Positions 1-8,983 of a stretch of 64,000 bases of DNA are shown here, piece after piece. The translations under genes were made by a program, and so were the position numbers. Source of the stretch: a virus; the IMG/VR virus record IMGVR_UViG_3300006339_000005, positions 1 to 64,000 of that record. One strand, given 5' to 3'. Position 1 is the first letter of the stretch. Every line of letters starts with the position of its first letter. A model generated the notes under the pieces. The model was not told where the DNA came from. It saw only the letters and a list, made by a program, of their open reading frames with translations, and did not search any database.

Positions 1-8
1 CTTTATTA

Positions 9-175
9 AGATGGTACGCTCATCTCACATGATGGCTATTAAATGCTTCGTCCGAGTACGGGCGAAGTATGGCTCAACTATCTACATGATGCAAAAGTGC
101 TACGCACTTAATTAAACAATTGAGAGAATAGTGTGTTAGAGCGATAGCGAAAACACAGATCAACGCAGTTGATCT
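9..175. ncRNA. Fragment of a putative structured non-coding RNA or terminator region, truncated by the window edge
   Basis: No ORF. Five hairpins in 170 nt: agatg 9-13/catct 21-25; 12-bp stem 43-70 with agta loop; aagtgc/gcactt 95-109; gtgtt 133-137/aacac 152-156; agatcaac/gttgatct 157-175. The motif acatgatg is repeated at 27-34 and 84-91. Confidence 0.4.
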
Positions 176-372
176 TAATGCAGTTCCGGATCACGTCCGT
201 AACGAAATGCTTCTTTATCGTATACTACAACTTCTTCTATAGTATATTCCGAACCAGGATTAGCTTCAACTAATTGCCCTAGTACTTCTGATGCTTCCGC
301 TTCTGAACTACAGTCCATTAACTCTTGCTTCTGAGTAACTTTCTCTATAACCCTATATACTGTTCGAGGCAT
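175..372 (-). CDS. Small hypothetical protein (65 aa)
   Basis: ORF with ordinary composition; a TAAATA late-promoter-like motif lies 6 nt upstream of the ATG on the minus strand (384-379). Confidence 0.6.
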   Translation of the reverse strand: MPRTVYRVIEKVTQKQELMDCSSEAEASEVLGQLVEANPGSEYTIEEVVVYDKEAFRYGRDPELH

Positions 373-416
373 ATTGAATATTTAAGGCCGTACATCTGAG
401 AATTATAGCTAAATAT

Positions 417-425
417 AATAAATAC
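417..425 (+). promoter_or_regulatory. Late promoter (AATAAATA), T4 gp55-type
   Basis: ATAAATA followed by AGGAG and the ATG at 444. Confidence 0.55.
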
Positions 426-443
426 AACTAGGAGTTTACTTTA

Positions 444-1139
444 ATGAAGGTACATCAGATCATAAGCGAAGCAGAAGTCCAAGAAGGTCCATTAAACTGG
501 GCAATGAAAAAACTGGGTAGTAAAGCGGCGGCTAATAGATCAGATATCGGCGATGATGTAGCTAGAATGTATAAGGATTATGAAGGTATTTGGAAAATGG
601 ATCCTGTTGGAGGACCTACTTTTACATCTTTATACAAATATCTACATGATCAAGGACTTCCTGTTGGTACTCCTGATGAATTTAGAAAAATAGCTACAAA
701 GTTTAACAACACAAAATCTATAGGTCAGAAAACATGGAAACACACTAAGACGGCGGCTAAAGGTGTAGGAGCGGCAACGAAGTATGGAGTAGATAAAGCC
801 AAGCAAGGTTATAAAGCAGTAAAAAAAGGACTTGAAGTCGAACCGACGCAAATGAGTTTCGCGGGTATGAATGATTCAGTTAATGAAGCTAATAAACGCG
901 ACATGATTGAGCCTGGAAAAGTAAAAAACATAATTAATCATTTTACAAGACTTGGTTTCGTAGCAGGCGCTAACACTACTGGAACAACATCAAAATTTGG
1001 GGTTAATAATCCAAGTGCAAGTACAGGTACAGATCAACCAAAGAAGAAAAAATCCACGGCAGGCCAGAATCAAGATTCAGACATCAACCGTTCAATAAAA
1101 TTTCTTAAATCACAAGGTTATACAGTAACAAAAGCATAA
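444..1139 (+). CDS. Hypothetical Lys-rich protein, possibly an internal head protein (231 aa)
   Basis: Good SD (aggag). The N-terminus MKVHQIISE resembles the Glu-terminated capsid-targeting leaders of T4 internal proteins. Confidence 0.75.
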   Translation: MKVHQIISEAEVQEGPLNWAMKKLGSKAAANRSDIGDDVARMYKDYEGIWKMDPVGGPTFTSLYKYLHDQGLPVGTPDEFRKIATKFNNTKSIGQKTWKHTKTAAKGVGAATKYGVDKAKQGYKAVKKGLEVEPTQMSFAGMNDSVNEANKRDMIEPGKVKNIINHFTRLGFVAGANTTGTTSKFGVNNPSASTGTDQPKKKKSTAGQNQDSDINRSIKFLKSQGYTVTKA

Positions 1140-1141
1140 TT

Positions 1142-1357
1142 TTAAAAGAATGGCATCTTCGTTTTTTTAGTTGTCTCTAAATTCTCTTTAATCAATTTTG
1201 CCATACAGTCTCGATCTTCGGGACAAGACGCATACATCTCACCTAAGGTTACTCCGCCTCGCATATACCATGCAAGTTTAGTAAGATCCAATTTAAAATT
1301 CTTAGTCTCGTTATCTAGGTTTTCAACCTCTCTTAGGATTTCAGGAAGAGACATCAC
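1142..1357 (-). CDS. Baseplate hub assembly protein, T4 gp51-like (71 aa)
   Basis: Directly downstream of the gp26-like gene; the LAWYMRGG..C.EDR..M..LI.ENLE pattern is typical of gp51-like proteins. Confidence 0.6.
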   Translation of the reverse strand: MMSLPEILREVENLDNETKNFKLDLTKLAWYMRGGVTLGEMYASCPEDRDCMAKLIKENLETTKKTKMPFF

Positions 1358-1365
1358 CGAAATCC

Positions 1366-2292
1366 TTAGACGAAAAAAGCTGAATGATCAAAAGATACTG
1401 GAACTGTATAACTTGCCGGAGCTCCTCTTTTTTGTTCATCCGCTGTAGATTGTACTTTCATAGGTTCTAATTGAAACTTATTTCGATTTACTTCGATATG
1501 TTTAACAAGTGCTGAATAAAAGTCCTTATCAGCTTTTTGAATAAATTCATCAATATGATCTCTATTGACAACAATAGTATCACCATCTTGTATTTGTACA
1601 ATCGATTGTGATACAAGATTAATAGTCAACGCTGTTAGTTTTTTAAACGAGGCTTGGAACCTTGCAAGTTTTTCTTCTTCGTTCATTTCATCATCTGCTA
1701 CAACTTGAAAAAGACGTTGCTCTTCAAATGTTTTAAGAGCGGTTGCTGTAAACTCTCTATACGTCTGAGGACGAATAGTAATTTTCATAGCTCCAATTTC
1801 ACAAACATTTTCATAATTTACATTTGAAAACTTGTCAAGAACTGTTCTAAGATCTAATTCAAAGTCTTTCTTCTCTGCTGGATCAATTCCAGGAACAGTA
1901 CTAGTTATAGTTATTTTTTCGCCATATGTAGCAATCCGTAAAGCAATTAGAACGGTATCTAAATCAATAGATGGCATATCCCACGCATCTTTAATAGACG
2001 GACAACAACTTTGAATAACTTCTGTAGTTGATGCTCCATTTAATAATGCATCTGGTGTTTTTAAAATTAGCTCATCTTTTGCCGTCATTGCATATATAGG
2101 AACTTCACCATTGGATGGTAAGTCAATTGACCCCTTAGCATAGTAATAACCTTTGCTTGGTAAAGCAATATATAACTTTGGTTGCCTAAAGTATTTTTCT
2201 AATGGGTTAGGCGCAGTACCCATTGGGTTAACATTTCCAGAAGGAGAAATTTGTCCTACAGGAATAGAACCCGGCTGTGTTAGTTCTGCCAT
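1366..2292 (-). CDS. gp26: Baseplate hub subunit, T4 gp26-like (308 aa)
   Basis: Motifs P..Y..LPS.G, YAMTAKDE..LKTP, DLD..LIALR.ATYGE; paired with a gp51-like gene; SD ggag upstream. Confidence 0.7.
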   Translation of the reverse strand: MAELTQPGSIPVGQISPSGNVNPMGTAPNPLEKYFRQPKLYIALPSKGYYYAKGSIDLPSNGEVPIYAMTAKDELILKTPDALLNGASTTEVIQSCCPSIKDAWDMPSIDLDTVLIALRIATYGEKITITSTVPGIDPAEKKDFELDLRTVLDKFSNVNYENVCEIGAMKITIRPQTYREFTATALKTFEEQRLFQVVADDEMNEEEKLARFQASFKKLTALTINLVSQSIVQIQDGDTIVVNRDHIDEFIQKADKDFYSALVKHIEVNRNKFQLEPMKVQSTADEQKRGAPASYTVPVSFDHSAFFV

Positions 2293-2303
2293 GTTTTTCT
2301 CCG

Positions 2304-2346
2304 GATAAATATATTATAGTTCATACAAATATTTATAATGAACTAT
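2304..2346. promoter_or_regulatory. Face-to-face late promoters: GATAAATA (+, 2304-2311) and TATAAATA (-, 2337-2330), with a 9-bp inverted repeat
   Basis: Both octamers are visible between divergent genes; atagttcat 2316-2324 pairs with atgaactat 2338-2346. Confidence 0.65.
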
Positions 2347-2394
2347 TAAAGCGGGTTTTAATTATGGTAGCTAAACACAGGATTATTAAAAATT

Positions 2395-5172
2395 ATGGCT
2401 AGAGTAACATATCAAGGTGGAGATATGGAAGGCATCAGTAGTGATGCCGCCAGTGAACAAACACTTAATGAATTACTAAAAGCCTTTAAAGCCCAGGGTG
2501 GTTCTGGTGGCAAATTTAACGATACAGCCGAAAAAGCCCAAAAACAAGCGACAAAAGCCACAAAAACTGGTACAAAAGCCACAGAAGCAGATACTAAACA
2601 AACAAAGGAACATACAGGTACAGTTAAAGATGCTGAAAAAGCCATTGCTACTTTTTCTAAAGCTCTGATGAAGTCGGCGGGACGCGGAATCCTGAATGTA
2701 GGCGAAAGTATAACTGGATTTGCTGGCGACATTCTAGGTGGCAGTCATAGAATATCTGAGCTGTCAAAACACGTAACCGGACTAATTGGTGACTTTCCTG
2801 GCCTTGGCCTAGTTGGGGACACCGCTCAAATGTTTTTTAATATACTTGACGGCCAAATTGATACGTTTAGACAAATGAGTGGCGTAGGTGCTGACTTAGG
2901 TGACGACTTATTTGCATGGACTCAGCAATCAGCAATCGCTAGAGTTTCGCTTGATACATTAACAAATGTTTATGGTGAACATTCTAAAACAATGGCATTA
3001 GCTTTTGGTGGTGCAAGAGAAGGTGTTAATAAATTTACAGCAGTCTTAGGAGGAGTTAGAGATTTATCAGAAGACTTTACAAAACTAGGTTATACAGTTG
3101 AAGAACAAGCTGAATATACTGCTGAATATATAGACCTCCAAAAAAGAACTGGTATGTTGAAGAACAGATCTGATGCATCATTAATCGCAGGCACAAGAAA
3201 ATATATGCTTGAACTAGATAGACTAGCAAGAATTACTGGTCAGTCTAGAAAAGAAACCGCGGATGCAATGAAACAGGCGGCGGATGACAAACGTATAAAA
3301 GCATTAATGCACAACATGGAAGCAAATGCTAGTGAAAGTTTAAGATCAACTATCGCTATATTACACGCTCAAAAGCCTGAACTTGCTGACGCATTTAAAG
3401 AACTAGTTGCAACTGGTGGTGTTCCTATTACTGACGGTGCAAAAGCTATGGCTTTACAAAATAACGAACTGTCAATACTTGCTAAAAAATTCTTTAACAA
3501 AGAAAAAGTAACTATGGGTACTGTAAGAGACACAATTAATCTATCAATAGACAAAGCTAGAGCGATAGTTGAACAAAACGGAGATATTATCGGTGTTTCA
3601 ATGGCAACTGGTGTTACTGGTGTTTGGGATTCAGTATTGGACTTATTGGGAATGGAGAAAATTAAAGCTCATGATGATGCCATAGCTGAACAAACTCAGG
3701 CGATGGCGGCTTCTACAAAAGATTTACTTGAAGTAGAATCAAATTTAGTTAAAGCACAAACTAAAGCAAACAAATTATTTATTGAATCGAAAATTTGGGG
3801 AGAGTTTACTGATGTAATTTCTGAATTTTCAAAAAATCTAAAACCAGGTGGTCCTGTCGAACAAGCTATGTTAGAAGGTGTTAAAACTATTACTGGATCA
3901 ATGTCACAATTTAAAGATTGGCTTTTGGGTGATGGAACTGCTAAAGAAAAAATTAGCGAGGCTTGGGATTATACAAAAAAGATTATGAAAGGGTTTGCTA
4001 CTAAACTAATGGGTTGGTTAGGATTTGATGTTGGTGAGGAAGGCACACCTTCAGCAACATATACAAACGCCGCAAAAAAGTTAGAAGACACAAATAAACA
4101 AATTATAGCCATCCAAGAGAAAATTAAATCAGGCACACTTAATCCAGAGCAGATGGAGAAAGCACTTGCAGAATTAAAAGCATTGAGGGCAGAAGCCGAA
4201 AAATATCAAGCAACCATGGCGCAAGAAACGGCGAAAGGGCAAGGAAAGAAACCAGAAGGCGTAGGCCTGGGTGCTTGGCTGAAAACAAATTGGGATAAGG
4301 TTGCCATTGGTGTCGGAGCCGTCACATTGGCTGTTGGAGCCTTAGTGGCCGCTTTCTATCTTGGGCCAATTATCGTGGCTGGAGTATCAGCTATTATGGG
4401 AATTTTACTTATAGGTGCCGGCGTAGTTACGTTACTTGCCGGAGCACTTTGGCTTGTTTCTGATGCAGTGGGTGGTATTGCTGAGGGATTGACAAAATTA
4501 GGTGAAGTTAAGATATCTCCGTCATTTAAAGATCTTCCAGATGTTATGGGAAACTTGGCAGGACCACTAGCGGCATTAGCCGGAGCTGGTATTCTATCAT
4601 TTCTTGGTGCTGGTGGATTAACAAAACTAGCTGACAATCTTAAAGCATATGAACAACTTAATGTTGATGCACTAACAAAAGTAGGACCTGCACTTACGGG
4701 TTTATACGGAGGTATAAGTGCATTTACTGGTGACGGCTTTATAGAAGGTGCAAGTAAATGGCTTGGTAACTTATTCAGTGGCAACAATTTTGAAGATATG
4801 GCGGACGGTCTTAAACACTTTGACTCTATAGATGCAGTTCAACTCGAAAAAATAGGTGTAGCATTAGAAGGTATTTCGGCTTTTATTAATTCTATGGAAG
4901 CTGATAATATTAGTGATATCGCAGATGCTATTGAAAAATTAACAGACGCAATGGATGTATTTGAATCTAAAATGTCTGATATGAATTCTGACGTTAAAGC
5001 AACATTTAGTACAACAGTTAGTGGTATGACTAGCTCCAGTAAAGGCCAAGGAGAACAGCTATCTAAGTTAAATACTACATTAGGTGAATTGATTACCATA
5101 ACAAGTGAAGGTAATAGGATAGAAACTAAACAACTAGAAGCCATAAAAGAAATTGGCGGAACTGTAGGATAA
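2395..5172 (+). CDS. Tape-measure-like protein (925 aa)
   Basis: Long Ala/Gly/Lys-rich helical protein with a hydrophobic Gly/Ala segment (~aa 630-750), located next to the baseplate hub genes. Confidence 0.7.
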   Translation: MARVTYQGGDMEGISSDAASEQTLNELLKAFKAQGGSGGKFNDTAEKAQKQATKATKTGTKATEADTKQTKEHTGTVKDAEKAIATFSKALMKSAGRGILNVGESITGFAGDILGGSHRISELSKHVTGLIGDFPGLGLVGDTAQMFFNILDGQIDTFRQMSGVGADLGDDLFAWTQQSAIARVSLDTLTNVYGEHSKTMALAFGGAREGVNKFTAVLGGVRDLSEDFTKLGYTVEEQAEYTAEYIDLQKRTGMLKNRSDASLIAGTRKYMLELDRLARITGQSRKETADAMKQAADDKRIKALMHNMEANASESLRSTIAILHAQKPELADAFKELVATGGVPITDGAKAMALQNNELSILAKKFFNKEKVTMGTVRDTINLSIDKARAIVEQNGDIIGVSMATGVTGVWDSVLDLLGMEKIKAHDDAIAEQTQAMAASTKDLLEVESNLVKAQTKANKLFIESKIWGEFTDVISEFSKNLKPGGPVEQAMLEGVKTITGSMSQFKDWLLGDGTAKEKISEAWDYTKKIMKGFATKLMGWLGFDVGEEGTPSATYTNAAKKLEDTNKQIIAIQEKIKSGTLNPEQMEKALAELKALRAEAEKYQATMAQETAKGQGKKPEGVGLGAWLKTNWDKVAIGVGAVTLAVGALVAAFYLGPIIVAGVSAIMGILLIGAGVVTLLAGALWLVSDAVGGIAEGLTKLGEVKISPSFKDLPDVMGNLAGPLAALAGAGILSFLGAGGLTKLADNLKAYEQLNVDALTKVGPALTGLYGGISAFTGDGFIEGASKWLGNLFSGNNFEDMADGLKHFDSIDAVQLEKIGVALEGISAFINSMEADNISDIADAIEKLTDAMDVFESKMSDMNSDVKATFSTTVSGMTSSSKGQGEQLSKLNTTLGELITITSEGNRIETKQLEAIKEIGGTVG

Positions 5173-5182
5173 GGATAAAAAT

Positions 5183-6928
5183 ATGTCGTGGAAGCGATAT
5201 TTTACACCAGTAGAAACTAAACAAGGTAGCGGAGACGGAACGTATAGTCCTTTGGGCGGAAGCATAAGCCAAGGACTAGGACCTGCTCAAGCAAACTATA
5301 GTTCATACTTACCAGACGTATATGTTGGCTCTCCAAATCGTATTGAACGATATGGACAATATAATACTATGGATATGGATTCAGAAGTAAATGCCGCATT
5401 AGATATCCTAGCAGAATTTTGCACACAAAAAAATAAACAAAATCAAACTCCATTTGTAATGGACTTTAAACAAAAAGCAACAAATTCAGAAATTACAGTA
5501 CTTGGACAATACTTACTACAATGGACTAAACTAGAAAAATTCGATACACGTATGTTTAGAATTGTACGTAACATTTTTAAATATGGCGATGCATTTTTTA
5601 TTAGAGATCCTGAAACTAAAAAATGGTTTCATGTTGATCCAGCAAAAGTATCACGTATAATTGTAAACGAATCAGAAGGTAAAAAACCTGAACAATATAT
5701 TATTAGAGATGTAAACTTAAACTTTAGAGAAATGGTTGCTACAACTCCACACCAAACAACAGGTAATGTTACTGGTGGCGGCGATGGATACTTGCAAGGC
5801 GGAGTACGCGGTATGGTTGGTGCTCCTAATCAACAAATGAGTGGAAGCAGGTTTACTAGAGAAGTTAAAGAAACTACTATTGATGCTGAAAACGTTATAC
5901 ACCTTAGTTTATCTGAAGGACTAGATAATAACTTTCCATTTGGTAATTCATTACTAGAAAGTATTTTTAAAGTTTACAAACAAAAAGAATTACTAGAAGA
6001 CGCAATTATAATTTATAGAGTACAAAGAGCTCCGGAACGTAGAGTATTCTACGTTGACGTGGGCAATATGCCGAGCCACTTGGCTATGCAATTTGTTGAA
6101 CGTGTTAAGACTGACATCCACCAAAGAAGAATTCCAAGTCAGACGGGAGGCGGTCAGAACGTTATTGATAGTGCATATAATCCATTATCTATTAATGAAG
6201 ATTATTTCTTCCCTCAAACAGCAGAAGGTAGAGGGTCTAAAGTTGAGACACTACCGGGTGGCACCAATTTGGGTGAGATAGATGACTTAAAATATTTTAC
6301 TAACAAACTTGTACGTGGTTTACGTATTCCAAGTTCATACTTACCAACAGGTCCTGATGATGGACAAAGCAACTACCAAGACGGTAGAGTTGGTACAGCA
6401 TATATTCAAGAATTACGTTTTAATAATTATTGTGAACGCTTACAAAGTTTAATTACAGACGAATTTAATCAAGAGTTCAAACGCTATCTATTAGAAAAAG
6501 GTGTTAACATTGATACAGCGATGTTTGACCTTAGAATGCAACCACCACAAAACTTTGCAAGTTACAGACAAAGTGAACTTGATAATGCTCGCATTGGAAC
6601 ATATACACAAATGTCAGCTGTTCCTTACATTTCAAATAGATTTGCGATGGCAAGGTTCTTAGGATTAACTGATGAAGAAGTTGCTGAAAATGAACGCTTA
6701 TGGAAAGAAGAAAATGATGAAAACTTATCTCCACCACCTACTGACGCCGCAGGCGAAATGAGAGGTGCAGGAGTTAGTGGTGCAGGTATTGGCGCTGATA
6801 TGGGTGACATGGAAGACGAAGATCCCGAAGCTGAAGAACCAGCACCAGTAGATGGTGGTATTGCTCCACCGCCAGATACAGCAACAGGAGGCGCGGCACC
6901 GACAGGCGGAACACCGCCGCCCGCATAA
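5183..6928 (+). CDS. gp20: Portal vertex protein, T4 gp20 family (581 aa)
   Basis: LLEDAIIIYRVQRAPERRVFYVDVGNMP, EDYFFPQ..EGRGSKVETLPGG..LGEIDDLKYF..KL.RGLRIPSS; acidic Pro-rich tail. Confidence 0.95.
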   Translation: MSWKRYFTPVETKQGSGDGTYSPLGGSISQGLGPAQANYSSYLPDVYVGSPNRIERYGQYNTMDMDSEVNAALDILAEFCTQKNKQNQTPFVMDFKQKATNSEITVLGQYLLQWTKLEKFDTRMFRIVRNIFKYGDAFFIRDPETKKWFHVDPAKVSRIIVNESEGKKPEQYIIRDVNLNFREMVATTPHQTTGNVTGGGDGYLQGGVRGMVGAPNQQMSGSRFTREVKETTIDAENVIHLSLSEGLDNNFPFGNSLLESIFKVYKQKELLEDAIIIYRVQRAPERRVFYVDVGNMPSHLAMQFVERVKTDIHQRRIPSQTGGGQNVIDSAYNPLSINEDYFFPQTAEGRGSKVETLPGGTNLGEIDDLKYFTNKLVRGLRIPSSYLPTGPDDGQSNYQDGRVGTAYIQELRFNNYCERLQSLITDEFNQEFKRYLLEKGVNIDTAMFDLRMQPPQNFASYRQSELDNARIGTYTQMSAVPYISNRFAMARFLGLTDEEVAENERLWKEENDENLSPPPTDAAGEMRGAGVSGAGIGADMGDMEDEDPEAEEPAPVDGGIAPPPDTATGGAAPTGGTPPPA

Positions 6929-6936
6929 ATAATAAT

Positions 6937-7188
6937 ATGACAACGTTGAGAGAAATATTTTACTTCGATAAAGAAACACTTGAACCGATTGATAATAAAG
7001 AATATGATCCGGTTGATGATCAATCTATTGTCCAACGAGACGACACTCGTAAAACTCGACTAACCCTACGTCAAATTAATAAAACACGTAAAGCGGCAGA
7101 ACTTCACCAAGAGGAGCAGGCAAAAGAGCTACACTTCGTACGTCAAATGTACGGATTGGCGGCTAATGCTGAAGCGGCGGTTGTCTAA
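6937..7188 (+). CDS. Hypothetical head-module protein (83 aa)
   Basis: ORF directly after the portal; basic-helical C-terminal half (RKTRLTLRQINK.RK..E); no SD; CATAAATA ends 6 nt before the ATG. Confidence 0.75.
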   Translation: MTTLREIFYFDKETLEPIDNKEYDPVDDQSIVQRDDTRKTRLTLRQINKTRKAAELHQEEQAKELHFVRQMYGLAANAEAAVV

Positions 7189-7190
7189 CA

Positions 7191-7802
7191 ATGGCCAGAT
7201 CTACCGTGGCGTTCGTCATAGGTAATGGAACTAGCCGACGAACTATTGACTTACATCAACTAAGAAAAAATATCCCACCCACTGCTAAAATATACGGTTG
7301 TAATGCTGTATATAGAGACTTCGAACCTGATTATCTAGTAGCTGTTGATACTAAAATGGTTACAGAAATTAATCGATCTGGATGGCAACTTACCCACGAA
7401 GTATGGACTAACCCTAATAGAGCATATAAAACATTTAATAAATTTAATTTCTTTGAACCAAGTTTAGGATGGAGTACTGGTCCTACTGCATTAAATTTAG
7501 CTAGTGAAGAAAAGCATAACAATAATGAAATTTATATTTTAGGATTTGACTTTGAAGGAATTAATAAAAAACTGAATAACATATATGCAGATACAGAAAA
7601 CTATAAAAAATCTGAAGCAGTAGCAACATACCATGGAAATTGGGCTAGACAAACAGGTATAATAATTCAAAAAAATCCAACTAAGAGATATATAAGAGTA
7701 ACAGAAGAAAGAGACTCTTTCTTGCCAGACAATTTAAGGGTGTGGGGAAACCTACATCATATGACCGTTCAAGATTTTAAGGACTTATTCAAGATCCTAT
7801 AA
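7191..7802 (+). CDS. Glycosyltransferase-like protein (DUF115/MAF-like Rossmann fold, 203 aa)
   Basis: VIGNG.SR, YGCNAVYR, LVAVD, WSTGPTAL, IYILGFD motifs. Confidence 0.6.
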   Translation: MARSTVAFVIGNGTSRRTIDLHQLRKNIPPTAKIYGCNAVYRDFEPDYLVAVDTKMVTEINRSGWQLTHEVWTNPNRAYKTFNKFNFFEPSLGWSTGPTALNLASEEKHNNNEIYILGFDFEGINKKLNNIYADTENYKKSEAVATYHGNWARQTGIIIQKNPTKRYIRVTEERDSFLPDNLRVWGNLHHMTVQDFKDLFKIL

Positions 7803-7815
7803 TCTTAATGTAAAA

Positions 7816-7832
7816 CGGCTCATAATGAGCCG
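7816..7832. terminator. Hairpin cggctca-taa-tgagccg, possible terminator or processing site
   Basis: Perfect 7-bp GC-rich inverted repeat in the intergenic gap; no clear U-tract. Confidence 0.4.
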
Positions 7833-7910
7833 ATAACCACGTACTTTTCCTGAAAAACCATAAATATTATACGACAGCCTTACCATATCTAAACAAACAG
7901 GAGATTTAAA

Positions 7911-8966
7911 ATGGCAGACAAAAATAAATTTGAGCAAATGTTAGAAAAGCTCATTGCAGAAGATCGTGCTGGAGCGGAAGAACTGTTTCACGAAATAGTT
8001 GTTGATAAATCCAGAACAATTTACGAAAAACTTTTAGACGACGATATGCCTGAAGTTGAAGTTAAAGCTAAAGAGTCTAAAGATGAAAAAGCTGACGAAG
8101 ACGAAAAAGTCGACGAAAAATCAGACGAAAAAGCTGACGAAGACGAAAAAGTAGTTGACGAAAAAGCTAAAGAAAAAGCTGACGAAGGTGATGAAGAAGT
8201 TAAAGAAGAACTTGTAGATATCACTCCAGTTGAAGATGTTCCACAAGAAGCAGACGACGAAATAGGCGGCGATCCAGCAGATGCTATGATTGGCGATATT
8301 GAAGGCGGCGACGAAGTGGACGGTGACGGCGGCGACGATGGTGGCGAAGATCATGAAGATCTTGAAGACCGCGTTGTTGACCTAGAAGATGCACTTGACG
8401 ACCTTAAAGCAGAATTCGATGCCATGATGGGCGACGATGACGGTGGAGACGACAACGGTGACGACGATGCAGATGCAGATGCAGATGCTGATGACGACAA
8501 CGGTGACGACGAAGGTGGTGATGATGCAGAGGGTGGATTTCCATCCGATCTAGAAGCAGAGGAAAAACCTGCATTTGAAGGGAAAGAAGCAGAAGCGAAA
8601 GCAGAAGCTAAAGGTCCAGTTTCAAATACAGAGCTAATGCGAGAGTATGTAACAAAAGTATCTAGTGGACACGGCGCTGAAACAAAAGGCGGTGGTGAAG
8701 ACGGTGGTACTAATACAAAATCTACAGTAGCTGGTAAAAATGACATGGGTGGCACAGCAGGTAATATTGCCAAAGGTGGCGAAGGTGGTGGTTCAAATAC
8801 TGGACTAACTGGCAACGACACTAAAGAAGATTCAGCTGGTAACGTAAATGTTCCAGGTGGAAAAGCTTCTAAGTCATTAAAATCTGATTCTAAAGGCCAT
8901 GGTACTGAGAAAAAAGGACATGGTGAAGAAGGCGGAACGAATACTGATTCAGTAATCGGTTCCTAA
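7911..8966 (+). CDS. Highly acidic prohead core/scaffold-like protein (351 aa)
   Basis: Asp/Glu-rich central region and Gly-rich tail; lies between the portal and the protease, as T4 gp67/gp68 do; SD aggag. Confidence 0.75.
   Translation: MADKNKFEQMLEKLIAEDRAGAEELFHEIVVDKSRTIYEKLLDDDMPEVEVKAKESKDEKADEDEKVDEKSDEKADEDEKVVDEKAKEKADEGDEEVKEELVDITPVEDVPQEADDEIGGDPADAMIGDIEGGDEVDGDGGDDGGEDHEDLEDRVVDLEDALDDLKAEFDAMMGDDDGGDDNGDDDADADADADDDNGDDEGGDDAEGGFPSDLEAEEKPAFEGKEAEAKAEAKGPVSNTELMREYVTKVSSGHGAETKGGGEDGGTNTKSTVAGKNDMGGTAGNIAKGGEGGGSNTGLTGNDTKEDSAGNVNVPGGKASKSLKSDSKGHGTEKKGHGEEGGTNTDSVIGS
8085..8190 (+). repeat. Coding tandem repeats (gaaaaagctgacgaa-type units)
   Basis: EKADEDEKVDEKSDEKADEDEKVVDEKAKEKADE; gaaaaagctgacgaagacgaaaaagt occurs twice. 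Confidence 0.75.
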
Positions 8967-8983
8967 TTTTGTTGAGGAAAAAA

